From a bacterium (lineage in GTDB: Bacteria; SAR324; NAC60-12), in contig CBDBHR010000010.1 in NCBI GenBank assembly GCA_965205865.1, forward strand, positions 48,710 through 112,709: DNA of 64,000 nucleotides. The letters are read 5' to 3'. Of the stretch, positions 10,051-22,429 are shown one piece after another. Every line of letters starts with the position of its first letter. The stretch's first letter is position 1. Below the pieces are notes generated by a model. It was given only the letters and a program-made list of their open reading frames with translations. It had not been told where the DNA came from and made no database searches. The position numbers and the translations under genes are program-made.

Positions 10051-10826
10051 TCTTAAGAGTCCCATTGGCACCGTCAACAATGTCTCACGGGTATTGAGGA
10101 TCATCACATATGTAGTGACCACGGGTTGTCAATGGAGAATGCTTCCCAAAGATTTTCCTCCTTGGCAAAGTGTTTATTACCACTACAATAAATGGTGCAA
10201 GAACGACACTTGGTTCCTGATTCACCAGTTTCTCCATCGGCAAACCCGAATAGAAACGGGCAGAGCTCCCGAACCCAGTGCTGCAATGATTGATAGTCAA
10301 TCCGTCAAAACCACGGAACTGGCTGATAGTCGAGGTTTTGATGGAAATAAACGAATCAAAGGGCATAAAAGGCATGTAGCTGTCGATATCTCGGGAATTC
10401 CTCTCATGGTTAAAGTCACTGATGCCAATGCCTCCGATTCCAAAAGTGCTTACGATCTTTTGGAATCGATGTTTAGCTGGTTCTTTTCGATTCAGATGAT
10501 TTGGGCCGACGGAGGTTATCGAGGGGAATTAGCCCAATGGTTATGGAATCGATTTCAATGTGAACTTGAGATCACTCTAAACCTCCAAGGAACGGGCTTT
10601 CAGGTCCTACCGAAAAGGTGGATCGTCGAAAGAACCTTTTCCTGGTTTGGATGGTATCGAAGACTCAACATCGATTATGAAAGAAAAACAAAAAACTCTG
10701 AAAACATGATCTATGTCGCTATGATTTGCTTGATGTTAAAGAGAATTAAATGACTTTCAAACAGGTTCTTAAGAGTCCCATTGGCACCGTCAACAATGTC
10801 TCACGGGTATTGAGGATCATCACATA
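10051..10826. repeat. 60-bp perfect direct repeat flanking the truncated IS5
   Basis: 10051-10110 identical to 10767-10826. Confidence 0.95.
10111..10768 (+). mobile_element. IS5 family element, 5'-truncated
   Basis: TGCQWRMLPKDFPPWQSVY, IDSQSVK, ADGGY, KRWIVERTFSW; right end GACTTTCAAACAGGTTCT. Confidence 0.9.
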
Positions 10827-11530
10827 GAGCAAATGATTCCAGGAAGCCAGGAAGGAGAACAAGGCGACCGATGCGATGCCCGGCGTAATTACTGGGACCA
10901 CAATATTCCATAAGATCCGGAATCTTGATGCGCCGTCAATGATGGTTGCATCTTCAAGGTCTTTATCAATCGTATCACAAAAACTTTTTATCATCCAAAT
11001 TGAGAAAGGAAGCACTATCCCCGTCATAGCAATGATCAGTCCTGTATAGGTATTGAGCATCTTCAGGTTTCTTTACATGACATAAAGTGGGACAACGATT
11101 GCGATGTAGGGGAACATCTGTGTATTGAGGGCAAGAACCATCAACGATATCCTGCCAAAAAACTGAAACCTTGAAAACCCATATCCTGTCATGATTGCTA
11201 AGACTATACTCAAATATGTCACTGAACCTGAGACAATCAACCCATTAATCACTAAACCAATAAAAGGGGAGAAACTGGGCCATGCTGGTGACTTGTTCAT
11301 GACTACCTCACCAGTTGTTTGATTTTCAAAGCGTCCTATTAAAGGGTGTAAATAATTATCCAGCGTGAAACTCCTCGGCAGCCAATAAATTGGACTGATG
11401 ATGGTTTCACGATTATCAATGAAAGAGGTTTTCAGAAGCCATAATACGGGAAACAGAACTGCAATCAGACCAGCCGTGAGCACAATTTTTCTGCTGGCTT
11501 CTGTTATTGATTTTTCAAGTTGTTGTGCCA

Positions 11531-12215
11531 TCAGAACACCTTCATTGTTTTAATTTAAATTACTGAAAAAACCATCAGTGTTAACAGCCACATTACCCCA
11601 AGGGCGCTTGTATATCCAAGATCCAGGTCCTTAAATGCCATTCTCTGAGCCAGGATGACCAGTGTTTCAGTTCGAGCATAAGGCCCTCCTGAAGTGGTAG
11701 CATAGATCAGGTCGAAAAATTAAATCCCCAAACGATGGAAAGTATGGTTGTGATAACAATAATATTTTTAAGAAAAGGAAGAGTAATGTACCTGAATTTT
11801 GAAATTCCCCCGGCTCCGTCAATCATGGCAGCCTCCTCAATTTCCTTGGGTATGGTTTTGAGACCGGCAAGAAACATCGTCATGAAAAATGGAAAAGCCA
11901 GCCACGAAGTGACATTGATGATAAACCATGGAGCCAGCGTTGGGTCGACAAAAACATTTACGCTTTTTTCAACAATGCCAAACATCACCATGAGTTCCAC
12001 CATGACCCCCATCCTCTCATCGAACAAGTAGACGCACATGTAAGCAACACATACCCCCGGCATGATCCATGGAAGCATAAGGACAGATCCTATCACTCTT
12101 GAACTTCTTTCCTCTCTGTTAAGGGCTAAAGCCATCATGAGGCCGAAAACAGCACCAAAAATTGTCCATAACCCCGTCATGAATATTGTATTTGAAACAG
12201 CCCCCCAAGAAATAA
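11531..12215 (-). pseudogene. Carbohydrate ABC transporter permease (MalF-like), 5'-truncated and frameshifted
   Basis: LAGLKTIPKEIEEAAMIDGAG; frameshift near 11715 before DLIYATTSGGP; further stop near the 3' end. Confidence 0.85.
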
Positions 12216-12339
12216 TCATCCGCAAACAGCTTCTCGTAGTTACCAAAGCCAATACAAATTGAAGATATGATAAAAAATGGTATCTCTTTAATTCCATTTT
12301 TAAGTGATAAAATTAAAGATTTTACTTTAAAGATATATT

Positions 12340-14091
12340 CCTAAGTTGAGCGATTCGTAATAAAAAAAGCTCCCAACCTTGGGAAAAATGTGTTATATTT
12401 CAGTGGTTAAAATAAAAAAATTCACAAAATCTAACACAACCCAACAGGTAGAGAGCTTTATGGGAAAAAATATAACAGTTCAGGATAAAAAGAAACAGAT
12501 AATTGATGCCATTCAGCCAACCGATGAACACTTGACAAGTCGTGCCGGATTGGCCTTGTTTGCCCAGTATCTGCAAAGCATTCGGCTGATGCCGATCATC
12601 GAAAGGTTGTTTGGTTCGATGCGTAAAAATAAAAAAGGAATTGCTGTCTCTGATTTTTTTGTGCAGATCCTCTGTTTTTTCATGGACGGCAGCAGCCGTC
12701 ATCTCAGTTGGTTCGATCACCTCAAAAGGGGCGAGGGTTATGCCGCCTTGCTGTCATGCAGTGAGCAAGACCTTGCCTCCTCGCATGCCGTGAAAAGATT
12801 TTTTGGAAAGTTCTCTTTTGTACGAGTCTACCTGTTTCGTCATCTGCTGCAGATACTGTTTATCTGGAGACTGAAGAAGACTTGTCCAACGGTGATTGTG
12901 TTGGGTCTGGATTCGATGGTACTTGATAATGATGATGCCCTGAAACGCCATGGTGTCCAGCCGACTTACAAGATGGTCAAAGGATTTCATCCCCTGCAGA
13001 TGAATTGGGGTCGTTATATGGTTGACGCAGTTTTTCGCGGAGGTAGCAAACATTCGAATCACGGGAAAACTGTTCAGAATATGCTGGTTCATATCGTGAA
13101 AAGGATTCGCCGCCAATACCGAGATGATGTACCAATCATGGTGCGCATGGACACCGGTTTTTTTGACGAAAAAATCTTTGAAACCTGTGAACGACTGAAC
13201 ATCGGTTAGCTGAAGCGGAGGAAAGTCCTATGCCAATGTGAGGAATGCTGCGGAAGAAGCCACTGACTGGCAGACCTTCACTTCATCGGGCAAGAAGGAG
13301 ATCTGGCAGTACACCGAGTTTAAGAGCCAGCAGGGGACATGGAAGAAGGCTCGTCGCACGATCTACAGCCGCTTGATTGAACACGATAGCCAACTCTCTT
13401 TGCCGGGTTTGGATCATGATGGCGTGATCATTACGAACCTTGGTATGGGAGAGGCCATTGATGGCCAACTCAGCCAAGCCGCTGAAGAAAAGCGCATCGA
13501 TGCTCATAGCATCCTTGGCTCGTACCACGGACGGGGAAAGGATGAACTGGCCAACCGGGCGCTGAAAAACTTTGGTCATCAACAACTTCCCTTCAAGGAC
13601 TTCATTTCCAATACCGCATGGTACTATCTGATGCTGCTTGGCAATAACCTCTTCGAATCCTTCAAAGAAGATGTCAGCAAGCCAGTGATTGCGGTAACGA
13701 TGTATGCTGATACCTTCCGGCGCCAGTTTCTTGATACGGCAGGCAAACTGCTTCGTCATGCCGGAAAACTGATCTTGAAAATACCAAAAAAGACCTTTGA
13801 GCGCTTGCAATTGGACCAACTATTTGCCACCTGCCAGCACGCATTGGCGCCAATCTGATCAACGGGTTTCGCTTCAATTAAAAAACAAAAACATTAAAGT
13901 TTAAGGGGATAAGTGCGTCCAAAACATGAGAAATGAAGACCTTCCACATCTGAAAACAGCATTTTGATGCTCATTCTCACTCAAACATCCATGGATTTGA
14001 TGATCAAAATCTGATTTCAGAATGATTGCCTTTCTCAGGCAAAAAAATCATCTTGAAAATCTGATCCTTTTTTAGAATCGCTCAATTTGGG
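12340..14091 (+). mobile_element. IS1380 family element with disrupted transposase (12460-13858)
   Basis: IRs CCTAAGTTGAGCGATTC / GAATCGCTCAATTTGGG (15/17); LTSRAGL, VRMDTGF, YHGRGKDE motifs; stop and frameshift at about 13207; no target duplication. Confidence 0.9.
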
Positions 14092-16492
14092 ACAGTACTT
14101 GGTTGACCGGGAAATAATAGGTGAACAGGAGTTTCAGGATCATTGTGATTCTTCTAATTTGCCAGATGTGCTGCGTGATCGTACAGCTACGGAGAAATTG
14201 TTTACATGGCTCAGCGAAACTTTTAATGGTGACATGTTCCTTCCGGCTGCTACGGTGACACCCGAGGCTAACCATCTCAGCAGAGTAGCAGATTTTCTGG
14301 AAGCGGTGGATCCGAAAACCGGACAAACCACGTTTTTCCCGTATCAGTTTGACGTAATTCCGGTCGAACTTCTCAGCGCCATTTACGAACAATTTGTGCA
14401 TACGGAAGAGAGACAGAAGGCAGACAACGCCAGCCATTCTAGTGCCAGACAGATGGGTGTCTATTACACCCGTTTGCCGGTCGTTTCCCTTGTGATTGAC
14501 GAAGTTATGAATGACCTGACAGGAAAAGAAACCGTACTCGATCTTACTTGTGGGTCGGGCGTTTTTCTTGTCGAAGCTTTACGAAAACTTGTTTCCCTCA
14601 AGTCGAGAGATTCGGTGCGGAGCAGTGAAATGATTAGAACAACGCTGTACGAACAAATCTATGGTGTGGATATCAGCGAGAACGCGGTGCGTATCGCAGC
14701 ATTCAGCCTTTATTTGGCAGCATTGGAACTTGACCCTGATCCGAAACAGCCGCAGGCCCTGAAATTCGAACCATTGCTTGGCAAAACTCTTTTTGTAGGT
14801 GATGCACATGATGTTGAAAACACGTCTGATGGAAAAAAGATTTTTGCCACAGGAACTGGTCTGAGAAAATTTGACATCATCGTCGGCAATCCGCCATGGA
14901 GTTTCAGAGGAAAAAAGGGCACAGATGTACGCCGAAACCGAAACTTTAATAACCCTCTGCAGCCTCGCGGTGAAAGTCTAGATTTTGTCATGAGAGCGAA
15001 GGAATTCTCTCATGACGATACGCGCTTTGGCCTCATACTTAGTGCAACTCCATTTTTTTCGCGTAGCAGGACAGGCTTGAATGCTTCACAACAAGTTGTC
15101 AAGAAGCTCTCACCCGTAACTTTGGTTAATTTATCTAAGCTTTCTTCCTGGCTGTTTCCAGAGGCCAATATGCCGGCAGTCGCATTCTTTGCGCGCCACC
15201 GTGCCCGGCAACCTGCAGATCAGATAACTCTTGTACATATTCCGTGGTCACCAACCGGAGACCAAAGTCATACTTTTAAGATTGCGCGTAGTGACATTAT
15301 GACACTCCCGTTAGCTGAATGGGAACGTCAGCCGGAACGATTAAAAGCATCGATTTGTGGGTGCCGTCGGGATATTTCCTTGTTGGAGAGACTGACAACC
15401 ACCCATAGAACACTCAGCCACCGGCTTAAGGCGCTGGAGACAAAACTCAACGCCGGACTGAAGTTTGGAAACAGGAGTCGCGACGCAACATTCCTTATGG
15501 GCATACCGTTGCTTCGCAAGCAAGATCACCAACGGTTTTTCGTATCTACTGATAATCTGTCGTCTTTCAGCGAAGATGCAGCAGAATGGTCGCGCACACG
15601 CGAGACCTATCGGGCTCCTCTGGTAGTTGTGAGGGAGTTTCTGAAGGAAGAACCTCGTCCGGTCGCTGCCGTAGCGGATCATGATCTTGTGTTCACTGAC
15701 GCGTATTTTGGTGCCGTGTTGTCTCCTGATAGAATTGAAATTGCCCACCTGTTGGCGGCCATCCTGAGTTCATCGCTAGCTTCGTGGTATTTTATAATGA
15801 CGGCTTCCACTTTTGGATTATGGATGCGACGTTTGCTAATCAAGGATGTAGCCAAGTTGCCAACAACCGACCTCGAAAAAGCTGTACAGTCCGAAGCTGG
15901 CCAGCACATTCTGCGACTGGTGAAAACATTTCAACGGGATCACTTGAGTGACGGTGATTGGAAAAGGCTTGATGAAGCCGTTCTCGATTTATACGGGCTG
16001 GATGAACAAGAGCGTATTGTCGTTCATGACGGCTTCTTTCGCGCAAGCTGGGAATGGAAACAGGGCCGACTTGAATCGGTTAAACCGGCTGACATTCAAG
16101 ATCACATGCCAGACTATGCTCGCGCGTTCCTTTCGACAATCGACGTTTGGTTGTCCGCACGTAACCGGAAACGGATGTGTGCTGAGATATTCAATCTTTC
16201 TCAGCACGACCCACTCAGGGTTGTTCGATTCGTCCTTGAGGAAAAACCCGGCAACTCCGAAGTGAAAATAATTCAACCTGAAGGCCCACTAAAGGAGCTT
16301 CTGTTACAAATCGGTAACCGCCTTAATTTTCCGCTGACAAACTCGCTGGTTGGTGAGCGAGAACTACGCGTGTATGGCCCTGATGAAGTTGTGATCATAA
16401 AACCTGCGGCACGCCGGTACTGGCTGGGTGTTTCAGGGTTGGAAGATGCTGATACTGTTATCGCCGAAAGCTTTTCCGGAATGAACGCGTGA
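14092..16492 (+). CDS. N6-adenine DNA methyltransferase (Type IIG/Eco57I-like), N-terminus removed by IS1380
   Basis: ELLSAIYEQF, GVYYT, LDLTCGSGVFL (motif I), VGNPPW (motif IV); frame begins at the IS boundary. Confidence 0.85.
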
Positions 16493-17172
16493 CGATACCA
16501 CACGAAGACAATATCGCATCTGGTCAAGTATTCATTAATCTTGCGAATGAGATCACTGCCGCAATTCTCCTGACACTCGAAGCTGGCTGGGCGATTGCGT
16601 CAACTTATCCCGATGTAAATGCTGCTACAGGAGAGGTTGAGATTACTGAACGTCTCCGAGATGGTATGCGACAAGCGTTGAACAATAATAAATTTCGCTG
16701 GAACTTGGAATTAAATATGGTCGTTCTTCCTGGCACTGAGTCCCGTTCGCAACTGGAAATTCTACACCCTGATGGCAGGACGGACATACCAATATTTATG
16801 ATCAAAATATTTCTGCAATACCAAGCGCACGACCCCCACGCGATTATCGAATGTAAACGTGTAGCAGGAAGCGACACCAATCTCTGTCGTCTATATGTTG
16901 TTGAAGGCATTGATCGTTTTCAAGCCGGTAAATATGCAGGAAACTACAGGGTCGGTTTCATGGTCGGATATCTTTTATCGGGCGATGCGGCCGCTGCTGT
17001 CTCAGGCATAAACCGGTATCTGACCAGCAAGGGGCGACAAGCACAACACCTTAAACTATCCAATATAATCAAGAAATCCTGGGTATGGGGCAGCAGCCAT
17101 TCGCGAACAAATTCATCATCACCCATCGAGTTGAATCACGCTTTTTTAAGGCTCAATGCAGCGCCGTCTTGA
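16489..17172 (+). CDS. Hypothetical protein with PD-(D/E)XK nuclease-like motif
   Basis: E..ITE, GRTDI, IIECKR; GTGA overlap with the MTase stop. Confidence 0.65.
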   Translation: MTIPHEDNIASGQVFINLANEITAAILLTLEAGWAIASTYPDVNAATGEVEITERLRDGMRQALNNNKFRWNLELNMVVLPGTESRSQLEILHPDGRTDIPIFMIKIFLQYQAHDPHAIIECKRVAGSDTNLCRLYVVEGIDRFQAGKYAGNYRVGFMVGYLLSGDAAAAVSGINRYLTSKGRQAQHLKLSNIIKKSWVWGSSHSRTNSSSPIELNHAFLRLNAAPS

Positions 17173-17202
17173 GCTTAGCTGTTCTGACCATCGCAGAATT
17201 TA

Positions 17203-17305
17203 TAACTCGCCTTTGAAGGCTTTGTCGAGTATGGCGGGAAGTATTGCGTCGAGTTCTTTCTGATTATCTGATTGGGCGTTTATTATGTCGGATACTTTAG
17301 TCTAT
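17203..17305 (-). pseudogene. hsdS: C-terminal fragment of type I restriction specificity subunit
   Basis: QKELDAILPAILDKAFKGEL*. Confidence 0.7.
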
Positions 17306-17311
17306 TAGAAG

Positions 17312-17669
17312 GGGGTCAGGCTTGCAAGTTTGCAAATTTAAGAAAACATTTTTAGGTTGAGTTCTTTTAACCGCTCTTGGAGATTTGTGGATTCCTTCAA
17401 TCTTTCTCTCAACTTATGTGCGCCACGACTGACAGTAGAATCATCTCGATTGAGAGCATTTGCCACTTCTCGGATTGTTGCAGATTTCCAATCGAAGACT
17501 GATAAAAGCGTCGAGAGTCGCAGTCATCGAAAAAAAAACGTTGGCCCCCATCGCCTCAACGTATCACATGATAAAGCGTACCAGAGTCGTACAAACGCGT
17601 TTTCCGAGACATCTTAGCAAATTGAAAAAGGTTAAAATTTAAAGAATACCCATTTCGTGCATGACCACC
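17312..17669 (-). mobile_element. Non-autonomous miniature element derived from a RAYT-like (Y1 HUH) transposase, copy 1
   Basis: Terminus GGGGTCAGGCTTGCAAGTTTGCAAA; MSRKTRLYDSGTLYHVIR*GDGGQRFFFDD fused to C-terminal HTH EVANALNRDDSTVSRG; other end degenerate. Confidence 0.8.
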
Positions 17670-17687
17670 TTATACCTACCCACCGAA

Positions 17688-18599
17688 CTATAGGCCATAT
17701 GATGCTTGTTTTTCGAATAACATCAATTGCTTATACCTTATCGGCTCTTGGTATTCATAATCTGATGTATCGTAGTTAGTGACAATTGCTTCTATCATTG
17801 GATTGCGATTCTTTTCGCTACCACCAACATGATAGAAATGCTTTCGAGTTAAAACGTGAAAATTACCCCATAGAGTATTTATATAATCGTTTTTTCTAAA
17901 ATCATTGTGATGCCATGTGGACAATATAAATTTACTTTCTGCATTTGATAAGGCCTGACACAGATTTTCTTCATGCTTTCCATTCCATCCATTGTAATAA
18001 TCAACATGTCTATCAATGTAGGGTGGATCGCAGTATATAATATCGTTACTCCCACTTTGAGAAATGGTTATATCAAAAGGCTGACACTTAAATGAAAAAT
18101 CCCTAGTTCTTAGTAACTTAGCTACATGAGCAACTTGATTTACTATTTTCGTTACATACGCCTGTGCAAATCTTTGAGGTTTTCGGCAAAATGGGATATT
18201 GAATTGCCCTTTTCGATTGAAACGAATCATCCCATTAAAACCAGCCCTATTGAGAAACAAAAAATCCAATGGTTGATGTTCTTTGTTAAATCGTTCTCTT
18301 ATTTCGTAATAATGAGATTCGCCTACCTCTAAAAGCTTTGCGCCTTCCCGGTTTAAAAAATCTCTAACTATTTCATGTGTGATATTTCCATTAGATATAG
18401 ATTTATAAAAATTAATTAAATGCGGATTTGTATCACAAAGTAGCACGTGACTTGGCGCAAGATTGAAGGCAACAACGCCAGTGCCCATAAATGGTTCTAT
18501 CCATAAGCCATTAAAATCATGCGGAATTATACTTTTTATCCAAGGAACAAGCTTTGTCTTTATTCCTTGTGATTTTATTGGTGGTACGTTGACTTTCAT
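17688..18599 (-). CDS. Dam/D12-class DNA adenine methyltransferase (M.EcoRV-like)
   Basis: [39 protein letters not shown]. Confidence 0.93.
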   Translation of the reverse strand: MKVNVPPIKSQGIKTKLVPWIKSIIPHDFNGLWIEPFMGTGVVAFNLAPSHVLLCDTNPHLINFYKSISNGNITHEIVRDFLNREGAKLLEVGESHYYEIRERFNKEHQPLDFLFLNRAGFNGMIRFNRKGQFNIPFCRKPQRFAQAYVTKIVNQVAHVAKLLRTRDFSFKCQPFDITISQSGSNDIIYCDPPYIDRHVDYYNGWNGKHEENLCQALSNAESKFILSTWHHNDFRKNDYINTLWGNFHVLTRKHFYHVGGSEKNRNPMIEAIVTNYDTSDYEYQEPIRYKQLMLFEKQASYGL

Positions 18600-19441
18600 C
18601 TCTCGGCCTTTCCGCGTATTCGGTTGTGTTTTGGGACAATTTTCGATATATCGCCCTTGCGGTATTCGACAAAATCCCTTAGCGAAGTGATCTTTTTCGT
18701 ACCGCCTTGCTCTTCTGTAATGGTGATTTTATTATAGTTCATCCAATAATCATCAAACCATGATTCGCCTAGCTTTGAAAACATGCCATTTTCATTGAAA
18801 ATATCATCTATGTTGTTGATACTGCCTATATTTGCTGTATTCCCACTGCCACTCTTATCACTTGCAATTTTCCATTTTTCCACATTAAAAAATTGAAAAT
18901 CCTTCACCACTGAAGAGATTGAATGCATCTCACTTATTTTGTAGATTTTTGTTTCGTCAACACTAGAGTCATCCAAACGATTATAGATAATCCCCAAACA
19001 GAAATGTCCTGAATATGTATTATATGGGAATTGAATGTTCTTTTTGCTTGTTCGGTCTTCAAAATATTTACCATGAGAACCAAGCGTAAAACCGTTGCAT
19101 AGATATGGCTTATCGGGATTTCGATAAGTAGTCTTGAAGTCTACTGCAAACTTTATCTTTTCATTATCGGCTTTTACGAAAGAAATGTCAGGATAATAGT
19201 TCTGATGTTCAGCAAGAACAATTTTGTATCCGTGCTCCTTCGCAAACTCCACGATTTTCGGAAACATATGAATTTCGAGTATTTTTGACACAATTTTTGT
19301 ATCGGTGGAAATTGTATAAACGTTTTGAAACACATCAACAAAGCCTTTGATAGTCCATTGTCCATCTTTTGTGCTGATATATTCTTGCAGCCCAACAACA
19401 AATTCATTAAGATGAGCCCCAAATTTTTCTTTCGTTAACAT
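18596..19441 (-). CDS. EcoRV family type II restriction endonuclease
   Basis: [30 protein letters not shown] correspond to EcoRV catalytic and recognition loops; ATGA overlap with MTase. Confidence 0.88.
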   Translation of the reverse strand: MLTKEKFGAHLNEFVVGLQEYISTKDGQWTIKGFVDVFQNVYTISTDTKIVSKILEIHMFPKIVEFAKEHGYKIVLAEHQNYYPDISFVKADNEKIKFAVDFKTTYRNPDKPYLCNGFTLGSHGKYFEDRTSKKNIQFPYNTYSGHFCLGIIYNRLDDSSVDETKIYKISEMHSISSVVKDFQFFNVEKWKIASDKSGSGNTANIGSINNIDDIFNENGMFSKLGESWFDDYWMNYNKITITEEQGGTKKITSLRDFVEYRKGDISKIVPKHNRIRGKAER

Positions 19442-19641
19442 GTGTTTCCGATACTTCTTTTTTTGCAACATATAGCATTTAATCAATAATGGTCTGATTG
19501 CACATTCATTTATCCTAGCACAAATTTCTGCAACCATTTCGGTTAAAATGCGTTTTCACGGAACTGTTTTTAGGGAGCTTACCGTGTATTTTGCTATTTT
19601 TATTGTATAAGGGAGGAAGAGCGAGAAAGCGAGTAAAAGGA

Positions 19642-21024
19642 GAGCTATAATCGAATCTGGTGTTTGAGGAATTGAAAAAAGGCGGCATATCTGGTTGACT
19701 AGAATTTTCGAATATCAATCAACCAAATAAAAAGGATATGCCACTATGGGAAAGAACAGCATTTTAGAGTTCGATAATAAAGAAAGTGTTTCAGATGTTC
19801 TGAACGAGTTGTTACGAGACGGGGCACAGCAATTAATACGTCAGGCTGTAGAAACAGAATTGAGCGAGTATTTGTCTCAGCATCAACGCATAGCCGATGA
19901 TGGAAGGCTTGCGTTGGTACGCAACGGCTACCTGCCAAAACGAGAAATCCTGACAGGTATAGGCCCAGTCAGTGTCCGCATCCCCAAGGTACGTTCAAAA
20001 GATGGGAAGGCACTGACTTTCCGTTCTGCCTTGGTTCCGCCCTATGTCAGAAAAACCAGATCCCTGGAAGCAGCATTACCATGGCTGTACCTGAAAGGTG
20101 TTTCTACCGGAGAGATGGAGGAAGCATTAAAAGTCCTGGTCGGTCATGATGCACTGGGCCTCTCAGCCAGCACTGTCTCACGCCTCAAGAGTGAATGGGC
20201 AAATGAATATCATCATTGGCGGGAGGCACCACTGGATGAAGACCGCTGGGCCTATGTCTGGGTAGATGGCATCTATTCAGGTCTTCGATCCGAGAAAGAT
20301 AAACTTTGCGCATTGGTTATCATTGGAGTCAACGAAAGAGGTCAGAAACGTTTTTTAGCCATCGAAGATGGTGTACGAGAGTCCACTCAGAGTTGGAGAG
20401 AAGTTCTGCTGAAACTCAAAAGCCGTGGCATGAATGTTCCTCAGTTAGCTATTGGTGATGGAGCCATGGGGTTTTGGGCTGCCATGGATGAAGTATATCC
20501 TCAGACACGTCATCAGCGCTGCTGGGTACACAAAACAGCTAATATCCTTAACTCTCTGCCCAAAAGCTCACAGCCTAAAGCTAAAGAGGCGATACATGAA
20601 ATCTGGCAGGCAGAGACTAAAATCAATGCGGAGAAAGCCTTTGAACTCTTCATTGAAACCTATCAGGATAAATATCCAAAGGCCACCCTTTCTCTACAGC
20701 AAGATCGTGAAGAGTTACTGGCCTTTTATGATTTCCCTGCTAAACATTGGCAGAGTATACGAACCAGCAACCCGATTGAATCCACCTTTGGTACCATAAG
20801 GCACAGAACTAAAAGATCAAAGGGCTGTCTCAATCGTGAAGGAATGCTGCACATGATGTTTAAGCTGGGACAATGCGCAGAAAAGAATTGGAGAAAGTTA
20901 CGTGGCTTTGATTACCTGGCAAAGGTGATTGAAGGTGTACAATTCTCTGATGGAATCGAGGTGATTCCTGAAATCCGGATTGCCGCTTGATTTTTAACTC
21001 AAACACCACTTTTGACAATAACTC
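19642..21024 (+). mobile_element. Complete IS256 family element (transposase 19746-20990)
   Basis: Imperfect IRs sharing TGGTGTTTGAG; 9-bp target duplication GTAAAAGGA (19633-19641, 21025-21033); WVDG, GDGAMGFW, QRCWVHK, SNPIES. Confidence 0.96.
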
Positions 21025-21154
21025 GTAAAAGGAAGAGCCGTTGGCGTAAAATCTGATGGTATAGAAGACATACTGATATTGATTTTTATGACATTCAACT
21101 ACAAAACGAAATAATTAGTGTCTGGCAGAAAAATACAATTTTACTAATAGTGAG

Positions 21155-22030
21155 GTGTGGAATTCGCGAGAACATCTGTTTTTGAACAAGCCATATTTTA
21201 GAGAATTGAAGCTATTTTTCTTTGGGATCCCTAATTTTTTGTTCCCCCCCCCCTCCCGGCCTCCCCTCTTGTTTCAGAATGGGGAGTCGTCCTTTGGTTC
21301 AGGCCGCTTTTTTGTAGGGTCCTCGTTTACGACGCTGCCGTTCTTTTTGCTGTTCACGCAGGACGGTGCCGAGACGGTGGATATTTTTTGCAAGCACAGC
21401 CAGAGCGACATAGCGTTCGAACCCCTTGATTCCATGATCCGGATATCGGTCGAGTCCTTGCGCTGCCAGAGCGTTGATGGCGGATTCGACCGCAGAGTGT
21501 TGGCGGCGCAGGAGTTTGAATTCCCGGGAATCTTCTCTTTGCCGGTCTGCTTGGCTCAGCCTGCCTTTTTTGGGAAGTACGACAAGATCCGGCAGTGCTT
21601 TGAGTTCACGCTGATTCTGTGGGCTGTGGGCGCCCTTGTCCCAACTCACGACCGCAAGCTCGGGGAAGCGTTTTTTGGTTTCTTCGACGATTTCCACGGC
21701 CACCTTCTCATCGCTCTGCCTGCGCATCACCTGATGGTTAAGGATGAATTGATGCTGCTCCTCGATGAGGTTGACCCTGAGTCCGAGTTCCACCGGCACT
21801 CCCCCCTTGCCCTTGCTGATCCACTCGGTGTGGGGCTCGAAGATGGAGAAGATTTTTTCATGATGAGGGATGGTTTCGTTGAGGCGCACCCTGCGGATGA
21901 TTTGGCTCATGATTTTTTTTTGCAGAGCCCATGTACTCCCGCAAGCGCAGCAGTTTCAAGGGGGAGCGCACCCGTTTTTCCAAAAGTTCCAGGCTCGTCT
22001 GGGCCCGCAGGTGATACGCTTGGGCCATAA
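21155..22030 (-). mobile_element. ISNCY/IS5-like transposase, 5'-truncated remnant
   Basis: EKIFSIFEPHTEWISKGK...VELG, WDKG, RQHSAVESAINAL; frameshift in an A-run at about 21915. Confidence 0.8.
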
Positions 22031-22201
22031 GGACGAATTTGAGATATTCCTTGCGCCTCTCTTCTTCAAGGTGAAAATGGATTAAAATTTAGTGTCACTA
22101 GACTTTGCGTATGTGATCTTGTATGCTTGTATCATAAGCTTCGCAACGTGATATATCCGATCTATACATCGTTTATTCAAATTCTTTCAAACAGGAAAAT
22201 T

Positions 22202-22429
22202 ATGCTAGTAACAGTCAATGTCCCTGACAATATTCCTAGAAAAGAACTCGAAATCAGAATCAAAGAATTTGAAGAAAGTTTGGCAAATGAAGTAAAGAAA
22301 GAAGAGAAAAAGGGAGTATTAATTGAAACACTAGATAAATTACGATCTAAAGGAACTTTCAAGGGGATTAAAGACCCCATTGCATGGCAAAAAGAAATAA
22401 GGAGAGATCGTGTCTTATCTGATCGATAG
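22202..22429 (+). CDS. Putative antitoxin
   Basis: Small protein ending DPIAWQKEIRRDR, overlapping the PIN gene. Confidence 0.7.
   Translation: MLVTVNVPDNIPRKELEIRIKEFEESLANEVKKEEKKGVLIETLDKLRSKGTFKGIKDPIAWQKEIRRDRVLSDR

Larger units (their letters stand above)
9910..11531 (-). pseudogene. Carbohydrate ABC transporter permease (MalG-like), nonsense codon plus IS5 interruption
   Basis: In-frame TAA at 11073-11075; EAA loop LEDATIIDGAS; C-terminus GLTSGAVKG at 9910 separated by the IS5 remnant. Confidence 0.85.

Noticed and set aside
10040-10110. N-terminus of the 237-aa IS5 ORF
   Set aside because: Derived from the antisense strand of the permease duplication, not from the transposase
21155-22030. 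291-aa plus-strand ORF
   Set aside because: Antisense to the transposase remnant; no recognisable motifs
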